A stretch of DNA of 64,000 nucleotides, from NCBI RefSeq assembly GCF_902713615.1, contig NC_052158.1:42027729-42091728 (forward strand). The letters are read 5' to 3'. The position numbers were made by a program, and so were the translations under genes. The DNA comes from Scyliorhinus canicula (Eukaryota). The notes beneath the pieces are model-generated. The model saw nothing but the letters and a program-made list of their open reading frames with translations, was not told where the DNA came from and did no database searches. Within the stretch, counting starts at the first letter, position 1. Each line of letters opens with the position of its first letter. Positions 24,571-37,000 of this stretch are shown piece after piece.

Positions 24571-25559
24571 GTGTGGCCTTGCATGGCCTGGATCGCCATG
24601 TGATACCAAGTTTCATTATTACAGCTTTGGATCCCACTAATAGATGGCTAGACATTGGGTAGTAAAGCAAAACCACATATAACACTGATCTCACCTACAA
24701 TGTTCCCTAATCAACAACTGATTAGCATCAAAATGGGTTCAGTTAACATAGAGATAGTCTATTAAGACAATTAACGTGCCTGTTAAGGCCACCTTCCACC
24801 CCACTTGCCCCCACATTCCTCCATTCATCTTTGTGCTCCCACCTACATATCCTCCTCCAACCAACATCTCTATCCCTTGCAGTGACTGAAAGATGTACAG
24901 AGAAAAGTGGCAGCTTTCTGGCATTAGCATTTGTGCTTAACAGCGCCACAGCAGGGTCTCTCAGGCAAGGCCATTTGATTCCAGGCCTTGGGTATCTCAG
25001 GCGTGGACATAGTGCAGTGAGTGTAACTATTCACTTGAATATGCAAATATGGATCCCATCCATAGAGGGTGGGATCCAGATCGCAAAACCTCACATGATC
25101 TAGTAAGATCATGCAAGGCATAACGAGCTACATGAAATGAAATGAAAATCGCTTATTGTCACGAGTAGGCTTCCATGAAGTTACTGTGACAAGCCCCTAG
25201 TCGCCACATTCCGGCGCCTGTCCGGGGAGGCTGGTACGGGAATCGAACCGTGCTGCTGGCCTGCTTGGTCTGCCAGCGACTTTTAAGCCATACATCTCGC
25301 GAGAGGCATTTCACGAGATTTACCAGCCTCAGTGGGTCCCAAGAAACACCCTGCTCAACATGCCCAAAAGGAGACTGTGTTGTGTTTCCATTAACTCACT
25401 CCAGAGCTAAGGTTTCAGATCCAAAGAGTCCTTCTATAGAACTGCTGAGTTCATCCAGCATAGAATTGTAGAATCCCTACAGTGCAGGAGGCCATTTGTC
25501 TCATCAAGTCTGCACCGACTGTCTGAAAGAGCACCCTACTTAGGCCCTCTCCCTCACCC

Positions 25560-26280
25560 TGTCGTGTTAAGCACAGTAAGATAACATGGGCTGCAACTGG
25601 ATGCAGCTTTACCTGAGAGATACTCCACACCTTGAAGTTAGTTCAATATGATTTATTGAACCTGTCACAGAGCTGAATCCTCTGTGAGTTTGACTCTCTG
25701 CTAGCCTAGTGTGATTAATCTGTCTGACTGAACCAGACTAGCACTTAGCCACATGATGTAAGAGTTATATGATATGTTCACACTGCAGATGTCATCAGTG
25801 GAAAGAGGAGGAGTGTGAGTGCCTCATGCCTTTTATAGTGGGAAACCATCCCCATTGGGGCCTCACGGTAGCATGGTGGTTAGCATCAATGCTTCACAGC
25901 TCCAGGGTCCCAGGTTCTATTCTCGGCTGGGTCACTGTCTGTGTGGAGTCTGCACGTCCTCCCCATGGTGTGCATGAGTTTCCTCCGGGTGCTCCGGTTT
26001 CCTCCCACAGTCCAAAGATGTGCGGGTTAGGTGGATTGGCCATGCTAAATTGCCCGTAGTGTAAGGTTAATGGGGGGATTGTTGGGTTATGGGTATACGG
26101 GTTACGTGGGTTTAAGTAGGGTGATCATTGCTCGGCACAACATCGAGGGGCCGAAGGGCCTGTTCTGTGCTGTACTGTTCTATGTTAAGTGTTCTGCCTG
26201 CTGATTGGTTATGTCCTGTTCTCTGTATTCATTAGCTGCCTGTTTGTATCTCATAATGTGCAAGTCTGCATATCATGACA
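25560..26280 (-). mobile_element. Solo LTR related to family 3, with an HE1-like SINE (25858-26187) inside
   Basis: TGT...ACA ends, 5-bp TSD CACCC at 25555-25559 and 26281-26285; right end CATATCATGACA resembles the family 3 end GATATTATGACA; inserted in a SINE/CR1-type tail. Confidence 0.75.
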
Positions 26281-26530
26281 CACCCTATCTCCATAACCTC
26301 ACCTAGCCTGCACATCATTTGGACACAAAAACAATTTTTTAGCATGGCCAATCCGTCTTACCTCCCTGGAACCACACCTAAGCACGACTATCCACTTATA
26401 ACCATCTGCCAATGATCGAATGTGCCCCCACTTATATTGGAGTGCCTTGTCACATGACCACTGTCTTGCGACCGTATGGGGTGTCTGTACCACCACCTGC
26501 TGGTTGGAGGTCGCACCACCAGTCATCTCT

Positions 26531-29500
26531 GGGCAGCGCGGTAGCACAAATGGATAGCACTGTGGCTTCACAGCGCCAGGGTACCAGGTTCGATACCACT
26601 CTGGGTCACTGTCTGTGCAGAGTGATGCACGATCAATAACTACTGAAATGAGGATGTAGTCCAAATTGAAGGTGTTAATCAACAAGATGTTTCCCCAGCA
26701 GCTCGAGTACAGAAAGAAGGCTTGCTGCTGGGAAACACGGGTTCTTATACCCCGCCTCACTGGGCGGAGCTACCTTACGTTCCGACCAATGAAATGCAAA
26801 CACTTGGGCCAATGAGCAGCGAGCTTTTTCCACCAATGGTAGCTCACACTCCCAGGTACCGTAGTACCTCTAGTCATACTACCACATTCACCCCTTGTTG
26901 AGAAAGGAACCGGGGGAGGGGGGAGAAGACTGTTCGGGCGTCCAGCTATGACTGGTAGTTCGGTGCGGGTGGGATAATATACTGGTAGTATGACTAGTGA
27001 TATGGGACTATACCCCTCTCAAACGGCAGATGCCCACTGGCCCGTAACTATGTACAGAGTCAGGAATTGTGTTATCAACATGGCAACTATTTACAGAGAC
27101 AGGAAAAAAAATCCATTAAGAGTTCACATCGACTCGATGAGACGATCGGTGGCCTTGGACGTCCTCTGCGACCGACGGAGCTTCGGCGGAGATCTTGATG
27201 GAGATGCGGGCATCCATGACTCCGGGAGCGATGATCCGGTCCTTGTGGAGGTTTCAACACCACTAGACGGCACTGGTGAAGGCCAGGCCGGGGGTGGGGG
27301 GGGGGGGGGGGGCGTCTAGTTCTACAGGCTGCGCAGGTGAGGGGGTTGGCGGGCCAGGGAGCGGGGGGGAGAGTGCCAGCAGGGTGCAGTTGCGGTTGGG
27401 GGGGTCCCGCCATAGCCTGTGGGGGGGTGGGTGGGGCTGGTGCCGGGGGCGATGGCGGGGATCCGGCGGGTCCAGGTCCTGTAGAGAGACCATGTCTTGT
27501 CGGCCGTCGGGATACTCCACATACGCATATTGCGGGTTAGCGTGGAGCAGCTGGACCCTCTGCGCCCACACGTGCTTCCGGAGCAGGATGGGCCCGGGGG
27601 CTGCCAGCCAGGTCGGGAGCGGGCTCCCTAAGGAAGACTTCCTGGGGAAGACAAGAAGGCGCTCGTGAGGAGTTTGATTAGTAGAAGTGCAGAGTAGAGA
27701 CCGGACGGAGTGGAGGGTGTCTGGGAGGACCTTCTGCCAGCGGGAGACTGGGAGATTTCTGGACCGTAGGGCCAGTAGAACGGTTTTGCAGACTGTACCG
27801 TTCTCTCTCTTGACCTGTCTGTTACCCCGGGGGTTATAACTGGTCGTCCTGCTTGTCGTCCTGCTTGAGGCAATGCCCTTCCTTCACTCATGAAGGAGGA
27901 CCCCCTATCACTGTGTATGTAGGCGGGGAATCCGAACAGGGAGAAGATGGTGTGTAGGGCTTTGATAATGGTGGTTGTGGTCATGTCGGGGCAGGGGATG
28001 GCGAACGGGAAATGAGAATCACGTTGAGGAAGTACGTGTTGCGGTTGGTAGAGGGGAGGGAACCTTTGAAGTCCATGCTGAGGCATTCAAAGGGACGAGA
28101 AGCCTTTATCAGATGTGCTTTTCCGGGGCGGTAGAAGTGCGGCTTGCACTCCGCGCAGATGTGGCAGTTTCTGGTGACTGTCCTGACCTCCTCGATGGAG
28201 TAGGGCAGGTTGCGGGTCTTCACGAAATGGAAGAAGCGGGTGACCCCCGGGTGGCAGAGATCCTCGTGGAGGGCTCGGAGGCGGTCCACTTGTGCGTTGG
28301 CACAGGTGCCGCGGGACAGGGCATAGGGAGGCTCGTTTAGCTTCCCAGGACGATACAAGATGTCATAGTTGTGGGTGGATAACTCGATCCTCCACCGCAA
28401 GATCTTGTTGTTTTTTATCTTGCCCCGCTGTGCATTGTCGAACATGAAGGCCACCGACCGTTGGTCTGTGAGGAGGGTAAACCTCCTGCTGGCCAGGTAA
28501 TGCCTCCAATGCTGCACAGCTTCTACTATGGCCTGTGCTTCCTTCTCGACCGAGGAATGGCGGATTTCAGAAGCATGGAGGATGCGCGAGAAGAAGGCCA
28601 CGGGCCAGCCCGCTTGGTTGAGGGTGGCTGCCAGAGCTACGTCAGAAGCGTCACTCTCGACCTGGAAGGGGAGGGACTCGTCGATGGCGCACATCGTGGC
28701 CTTTGCAATATCCGCTTTGATGCGGCTGAAGGCCTGGCAGGCCTCCGTCGACAGGGGGAAAGTGGTCGTTTGTATGAGGGGACGGGCTTTGTCGGCGTAG
28801 TTGGGGACCCACTGAGCGTAATAAGAAAAAAACATGAGGCAGCGCTTCAGGGCCTTGGGGCAGTGAGGGAGGGGGGAGCTCCACCAGGAGGCGCATGCGT
28901 TCCGGGTTGGGGCCTATCACTCCATTTCGCACTACGTAGCCGAGGATGGCTAGGTGGTCGGTGCTGAACACGCATTTTTCTTTGTTATAAGTCAAATTCA
29001 GGAGTTTTGCGGTTTGGAGGAATTTGCGGAGGTTGGCGTCATGGTCCTGCTGATCGTGGCCGCAGATGGTGACATTATCGAGATACGGGAAAGTTGCCTG
29101 TAAACCGTATCAGTCGACCATTCGGTCCATCTCAAGTTGGAAGACCGAGACCCCGTTTGTGACACCGAAGGGAACCCTTAAAAAGTGGTAGAGCGCCCAT
29201 CCGCCTCAAACACAGTGTACTTGCGATCGCTCGCGCGGATGGGGAGCTGGTGGTAGGCGGACTTCAGGTCTACTGTGGAGAAGACCTTGTACTGCGCGAT
29301 CCTGTTGACCAGGTCAGATATACGGGGGAGAGGATACGCGTCCAGCTGCGTAAACCTGTTGATGGTCTGACTGTAGTCTATGACCATCCTATCCTTCTGC
29401 CCTGTCTTTACCACCAGAACTTGTGCTTGCCAGGGACTGTTACTAGCCTCGATGACCCCTTCCTTCAGAAGCCGTTGGACCTCGGACCTGATGAAGACCC

Positions 29501-31692
29501 GGTCCTGGGCATTGTATCATCTGCTCCTGGTGGCGACGGGTTTGCAATCCAGGGTGAGGTTTTCAAACAAGAACGGGGGATCGACTTTGAGGGTTGCGAG
29601 GCTGCAGACAGTGAGGGGAGGCATAGGGCCGCCGAATGTAAATGTTAGGCTTTGGAGGTTACACTGGAAGTCTAACCCCAGGAGTGTAGCCACGCAGAGG
29701 TGGGGGAGGACGTAGAGCCTGTAATCTTTAAACTCCCTCCCCTGGACCGTGAGGTCCGCTAAACAATACCCCTTGATCTCAACCGAATGGGAGCCAGAGG
29801 CCAGGGAGATTTTTTGCTTAACGGGATGGACAGGAAGAGAGCAGCATCTTCCAGTGACAGGGTGTATGAAACTCTCCATGCTCCCGGAATCCAGCAGGCA
29901 GAACGTTTCGTGCCCGTTGAGCAGGATCTTCGTCGTTGCCATAGATAGGGTGCGGGGTCGAGACTGGTCCAAGGTGACTGATGCGAGTCGTGGCAGAAGA
30001 TCGGAGTCGTCATTGACCGGTTTGGAGTCACCCGCGCCGGGGACCTCGGAGCCGATCCAAGATGGCGGCGCCCACTGTTCGCACATGGCGGGGGATGGGC
30101 AAAATGACGGCGCCCGTCCCCCACACGTGGCGTCGGGAAAACAAGATGGTAGCGCCCAGAGGCCGCAAGTGGCATTGGGGGATGGGGACGGAGAAGATCG
30201 CGGGCAGCATGGGGCCCTCGGAGAGAGACGGGGTGGCATCCCACAGTCGCTGCCCGGGACCGCAGCAACCGCCTTGGCCTGGCAAACCGACAGAAAGTGC
30301 CCCTTTTTACCGCAGCCCTTGCACGTTGCCGATCGAGCTGGGCAACGCTGTCGGGGGTGTTTTGCCTGTCCACAAAAATTGCAACGGGGCCCAGTGGGGT
30401 TTCCAGGGCGTCTTGCAGCGCAGGCCTGAGGCGATTCCGAGTCCGTAGGGGAAGGGGAAGCTGAATTCCACGCTGCCCAGGGGGCTGCCGCGTGGTCGGG
30501 GGCATATGAACGGGCGTTTCTGTACGCAACATCTAGAGAGTTCACGAGGGCCTGTGCCTCCGTGAGGCTCAAAGTTTCCTTCTCTAACAGTCTCTGGCGG
30601 ATTTGTGGGGACTGCATACCCGCAACAAAGGCGTCTCGGATTAACAGTTGAGTGTGCTCATTAGCAGAAACTTGCGGGCCGCTGCAGTTCCTCCCCAGTA
30701 CAAGGAGCGCACGCTAAAAATCGTCTAATGACTCACCAGGGATCTGCTGCCTCGTAGCCAGAAAGTGCCGAGCGTAGACGTGATTCACGGATCGGATGAA
30801 GTGGCCTTTAAGCAGTTCCACGGTGGAGTCGTAGTTGGTTGTGTCCTCGATGAGCGTGTAGAAGGCGGTGCCGAAGCACGAGTGGAGGATGTGCAGCTTC
30901 TGCTCCCTCGTCGGTACGTTTTCCGCCATGCTGAGATAGCTATTAAAACAAGCTAGCCAATGCCTGAACGTAGCTGCTGCGTTAGCTGCGTGGGGGTTGA
31001 GTCGTAGACACTCCGGCTTGATGCGGAGCTCCATCCTTTAAAATCTTGTTGATTAAATTGATGCGCGATCGATAACTACTGAAACGAGGATGTAGTCCGA
31101 ATTGAAGGCTTTAATCAACAAGATGTTTCCCCAGCAGCTCAAGTACAGAGAAAAAAGGCTGGCTGCTGGGAAACACGGGTTCTCATACCTCGCCTCACTG
31201 GGCGGAGCTACCTTACGTTCCGACTAATGAAATGCAAACACTTGGGCCAATGAGCAGCGAGCTTTCTCCACCAATGGTAGCTCACACTCCCAGGTACCGT
31301 AGTACCTCTAGTCATACTACCACATTCACCCCTTGTTGAGAAGGGAACGGGGGGTGGGGGAGACTGCTTGGGCGTCCAGCCATGACTGGTAGTCCGGTGC
31401 AGGTGGGATAATATACTGGTAGTATGACTAGTGATATGGGATTAGCTGTGTGGGGGCCCAGAGTCTGCACGTTCTCCCCGTGTCTGCGTGGGTTTCCTCC
31501 GGGTGATCTGGTTTCCTCCCACAGTGCAAAGACGTGCAGGTTAGGTGGATTGCCCATGATAAATTGCCCTTAATGACCAAAAAGGTTCAGAGGGGACATT
31601 GGGTTATGGGGATAGGGTGGAAGGGAGGGCTTAAGTGGGTTGGTGCAGAATCGTCAGGCCGAATGGCCTCTTTCTGCACTGTATGTTCTATG
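26531..31692 (+). mobile_element. HE1-like SINE split by the Gypsy insertion (26531-26622 and 31459-31692)
   Basis: Head ends CTGTGCAGAG and resumes CAGAGTCTGCACGTTCTCCCC. Confidence 0.85.
26623..31458 (-). mobile_element. Ty3/Gypsy LTR retrotransposon (family 2, related to family 1), frameshifted
   Basis: LTRs 26623-26886 and 31059-31324, TSD CAGAG (26618-26622, 31459-31463), gag MELRIKPECL, protease, RT, RNase H and integrase on the minus strand; extra PPT/3'UTR copy at 31325-31441. Confidence 0.93.
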
Positions 31693-32446
31693 AATGTCTA
31701 ATATTGCTTACAGGCATATCACCTCTGTGCTGTGAGGCAGCAGTGCTAACATGCTGTCAGACCTGCTGAGGTTATCCAACATTTTCTGCTGTGATAAAAA
31801 TATTCACAATGGTGGCGGGATGATGTTTGGTTGACAGTCGAACATTATCCAATTAGGTAATGAGCCTTTTTTTTGGTGTTAGAGTAGCGGTGGGCCAGAT
31901 GTATTGGCCGACTGATGCCTGCATTAGGGGGATGAAATGAAACCTCCAGGACAGGAATACATTTACCGTAATCAGTTGAGGAATCTTGTTAAAGATTAAT
32001 TCTCACCCCTTGACTGCAGCAGTAACCAATTGGCCAGGTCCTTCCGTGCTTGGTGGGCACCGGAGGGGTTGGACTGTTTCGTCGACCCTAGTATTCACGT
32101 TTTGATTTGATGTTTTTTAGTTTCCGTTCCTCTTTATTCTTTTTGAGCTGTGCTCCGTGTGTCTTTTTGAGCGGTCCCTTTAATTTATCCCTCCGATAAT
32201 TTCTGTTCTTCTATTTAGTTGATTGAGCCCTAAAATAGTGACCTGGAAGGACAAACATTGAGAGTTCATTTATCAATGAAACCTGAAAGGAGATTACTGG
32301 TTCCTGCGGGATTTTAATCTGGTTTATACCCCAACTGTGGGATGAATATTTCAGTTGGTTTTAATGAAATGGGTTTGTTTGTGTTGGATGATGTTTATTT
32401 GTCTCTGGCTGAGGTGTTAGTTTAACCCTGACTCTCTCACACACAG

Positions 32447-32695
32447 ATGATCACCGGTATTACCAGGTCTATGTGGTTCAGGACGGCAGTCCGGACAAAC
32501 AGTTCGATCTGGAAGAGGACGGCGATGAGGTTTTCTACATGGATTTCAACCTGAAGAAGGAGGTGGCGCGGATCCCCGAGTTTAAAAACCAGGTCATGCA
32601 GGGAGGAGAGGCTGGGATCTCAGCCAATATCGCCATCCTGAAACAGAATTTAAAAGTTTGGGGGAACCTGTCGCACTGGAGCCCGGGGCCAAGAG
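32447..32695 (+). CDS. DAA: MHC class II alpha chain exon 2 (alpha-1 peptide-binding domain)
   Basis: Acceptor CTCTCTCACACACAG|, donor G|GTAAG, 249 bp; DHRYYQVYVVQDGSPDKQFDLEEDGDEVFYMDFNLKKEVARIPEF...SANIAILKQNLKVWGNLS has the class II alpha DGDE..F.D, N62 and N69 motifs. Confidence 0.97.
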
Positions 32696-32769
32696 GTAAG
32701 TGACCGGGTTCACCCCCCTCCCTCCCCCGGGTCTGGAGCGGAGTCAGAGTGAGACCATCGGGAGGCCGA

Positions 32770-35700
32770 GGCCTGGGGCTGGAGTGAATGACTGAACGGG
32801 GTCCGGAGTGACTGACTGACCGGGGGCCGGAGTGACTGACTGACCGGGAGGCCGAGGCCTGGGGCTGGAGTGACTGACTGACCGGGGCTGGAGTGACTGA
32901 CTGACCGGGGGCTGGAGTGACTGACTGACCGGGGTCCGGAGTGACTGACTGACCGGGGTCCGGAGTGACTGACTGACCAGGGGCTGGAGTGACTGACTGA
33001 CCGGGGGCCGGAGTGACTGACTGACCGGGGTCCGGAGTGACTGACTGACCGGGCCGGGGTCCGGAGTGACTGACTGACCGGGGGCCGGAGTGACTGACTG
33101 ACCGGGGCTGGAGTGACTGACTGACTGACCGGGGGCCGGAGTGACTGACTGACCGGGGGCCGGAGTGACTGACTGACCGGGGTCCGGAGTGACTGACTGA
33201 CCGGGGACCGGAGTGACTGACTGACCAGGGGCTGGAGTGACTGACTGACCGGGGGCCGGAGTGACTGACTGACCGGGGTCCGGAGTGACTGACTGACCGG
33301 GCCGGGGTCCGGAGTGACTGACTGACCGGGGGCCGGAGTGACTGACTGACCGGGGGCCGGAGTGACTGACTGACCGGGGCTGGAGTGACTGACTGACTGA
33401 CCGGGGGCCGGAGTGACTGACTGACCGGGGGCCGGAGTGACTGACTGACCGGGGGCCGGAGTGACTGACTGACCGGGGCCGGAGTGACTGACTGACCGGG
33501 GGCCGGAGTGACTGACTGACCGGGGGCCGGAGTGACTGACTGACCGGGGGCCGGAGTGACTGACTGACCGGGGGCCGGAGTGACTGACTGACCGGGGGCC
33601 GGAGTGACTGACTGACCGGGGTCCGGAGTGACTGACTGATCGGGGTCTGGAGTGACTGACTGACCGGGGGCCGGAGTGACTGACTGACCGGGGGCTGGAG
33701 TGACTGACTGACCGGGCCGGGGTCCGGAGTGACTGACTGACCGGGGGCTGGAGTGACTGACTGACCGGGGGCCGGAGTGACTGACTGACCGGGGGCCGGA
33801 GTGACTGACTGACCGGGGGCCGGAGTGACTGACCGGGGGCCGGAGTGACTGACTGACCGGGGGCCGGAGTGACTGACTGACCGGGGGCCGGAGTGACTGA
33901 CTGACCGGGAGCCGGAGTGACTGACTGACCGGGGGCCGGAGTGACTGACTGACCGGGGGCCGGAGTGACTGACTGACCGGGGGCCGGATTGACTGTCTGA
34001 CCGGGGGCCGGAGTGACTGACTGACCGGGGTCCGGAGTGACTGACTGACCGGGGTCTGGAGTGACTGACTGACCGGGCCGGGGTCCGGAGTGACTGACTG
34101 ACCGGGGGCTGGAGTGACTGACTGACCGGGGGCCGGAGTGACTGACTGACCGGGGTCCGGAGTGACTGACTGACCGGGCCGGGGTCCGGAGTGACTGACT
34201 GACCGGGGGCCGGAGTGACTGACTGACCGGGGGCCGGAGTGACTGACTGACCGGGCTGGAGTGACTGACTGACTGACCGGGGGCCGGAGTGACTGACTGA
34301 CCGGGGGCCGGAGTGACTGACTGACCGGGGGCCGGAGTGACTGACTGACCGGGGCCGAGTGACGACGGCCCGGGGCCGGAGTGGACTGACTGACCGGGGG
34401 CCGGAGTGACTGACTGACCGGGGGCCGGAGTGACTGACTGACCGGGGGCCGAGTGACTGACTGACCGGGGGCCGGAGTGACTGACTGACCGGGGGCCGGA
34501 GTGACTGACTGACCGGGGGCCGGAGTGACTGACTACCGGGGGCCGGAGTGATCTGACTGACCGTGGGCCGGAGTGACTGACTGACCGGGGGCCGGAGTGA
34601 CTGACTGACCGGGGGCCGGAGTGACTGACTGACCGGGGCCGGAGTGACTGACTGACCGGGGGCCGGAGTGACTGACTGACCGGAGGGCCGGAGTGATGAC
34701 TGACCGGGGGCCGGAGTGACTGACTGACCGGGGGCCGGAGTGACTGACGGGGGCCGGAGTGACTGACTGACCGGGGGCCGGAGTGACTGACTGACCGGGG
34801 CCGGAGTGACTGACTGACCGGGGGCCGGAGTGACTGACTGACCGGGAGCCGGAGTGACTGACTGACCGGGGGCCGGAGTGACTGACTGACCGGGGGCCGG
34901 AGTGACTGACTGACCGGGGGCCGGATTGACTGACTGACCGGGGGCCGGAGTGACTGACTGACCGGGGTCCGGAGTGACTGACTGACCGGGGTCTGGAGTG
35001 ACTGACTGACCGGGCCGGGGTCCGGAGTGACTGACTGACCGGGGGCTGGAGTGACTGACTGACCGGGGGCCGGAGTGACTGACTGACCGGGGTCCGGAGT
35101 GACTGACTGACCGGGGTCCGGAGTGACTGACTGACCGGGGGCCGGAGTGACTGACTGACCGGGGGCCGGAGTGACTGACTGACCGGGGCTGGAGTGACTG
35201 ACTGACTGGCCGGGGGCCGGAGTGACTGACTGACCGGGGGCCGGAGTGACTGACTGACCGGGGGCCGGAGTGACTGACTGACCGGGGGCCGGAGTGACTG
35301 ACTGACCGGGGGCCGGAGTGACTGACTGACCGGGGGCCGGAGTGACTGACTGACCGGGGGCCGGAGTGACTGACTGACCGGGGGCCGGAGTGACTGACTG
35401 ACCGGGGGCCGGAGTGACTGACTGACCGGGGGCCGGAGTGACTGACTGACCGGGGGCCGGAGTGACTGACTGACCGGGGGCCGGAGTGACTGACTGACCG
35501 GGGGCCGAGTGACGGACTGACCGCGGGCCGGAGTGACGGACTGACCGGGGGCCGGAGTGACTGACTGACCGGGGGCCGGAGTGACTGACTGACCGGGGTC
35601 CGGAGTGACTGACTGACCGGGCCGGGGTCCCGGAGTGACTGACTGACCGGGGGCTGGAGTGACTGACTGACTGGGGCCGGAGTGACTGACTGACCGGGGT

Positions 35701-37000
35701 CCGGAGTGACTGACTGACCGGGCCGGGGTCCGGAGTGACTGACCGGGGTCCGGAGTGACTGACTGACCGGGGGCCGGAGTGACTGACTGACCGGGGCTGG
35801 AGTGACTGACTGACTGACCGGGGGCTGGAGTGACTGACTGACCGGGGGCCGGAGTGCCTGACTGACCGGGGGCCGGAGTGACTGACTGACCGGGGGGCCG
35901 GAGTGACTGACTGACCGGGGGCCGGAGTGACTGACTGACCGGGGTCCTGGAGTGACTGACTGATCGGGGTCTGGAGTGACTGACTGACCGGTGGGCCGTA
36001 TGACTGACTGACCGGGGGCTGGGAGTGACTGACTGACCGGCCGGGGTCCGGAGTGACGTGACTGACCGGGGGCTGGAGTGACTGACTGACCGGGGCCGGA
36101 GTGACTGACTGACCGGGGGGCCGGGGGAGTGACTGACTGACCGGGGGCCGGAGTGACTGACCTGGGGGCCGGAGTGACTGACTGACCGGGGGCCGGAGTG
36201 ACTGACTGACCGGGGGCCGGAGTGACTGACTGACCGGGCGCCGGAGTGACTGACTGACCGGGGGCCGGAGTGACTGACTGACCGGGGCCGGAGTGACTGA
36301 CTGACCGGGGGCCGGATTGACTGACTGACCGGGGGCCGGAGTGACTGACTGACCGGGGTCCGGAGTGACTGACTGACCGGGGTCTGGAGTGACTGACTGA
36401 CCGGGCCGGGGTCCGGAGTGACTGACTGACCGGGGGCTGGAGTGACTGACTGACCGGGGGCCGGAGTGACTGACTGACCGGGGTCCGGAGTGACTGACTG
36501 ACCGGGCCGGGGTCCGGGGTGACTGACTGACCGGGGGCCGGAGTGACTGACTGACCGGGGGCCGGAGTGACTGACTGACCGGGGCTGGAGTGACTGACTG
36601 ACTGACCGGGGGCCGGAGTGACTGACTGACCGGGGGCCGGAGTGACTGACTGACCGGGGGCCGGAGTGACTGACTGACCGGGGGCCGGAGTGACTGACTG
36701 ACCGGGGGCCGGAGTGACTGACTGACCGGGGTCCGGAGTGACTGACTGACCGGGGGCCGGAGTGACTGACTGACCGGGGGCCGGAGTGACTGACTGACCG
36801 GGGGCCGGAGTGACTGACTGACCGGGGGCCGGAGTGACTGACTGACCGGGGGCCGGAGTGACTGACTGACTGACCGGGGGCCGGAGTGACTGACTGACTG
36901 ACCGGGGGACAGAGTGACTGACTGGCTGAGCGGGGGACGGAGTGACTGACTGGCTGACCGGGGGACGGAGTGACTCGCTGACCGGGGTCTGGGTCCGATT
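32770..37000. repeat. GC/CpG-rich 24-bp minisatellite, about 4.2 kb
   Basis: Unit CCGGAGTGACTGACTGACCGGGGG with 20-, 28- and 30-bp variants. Confidence 0.97.
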
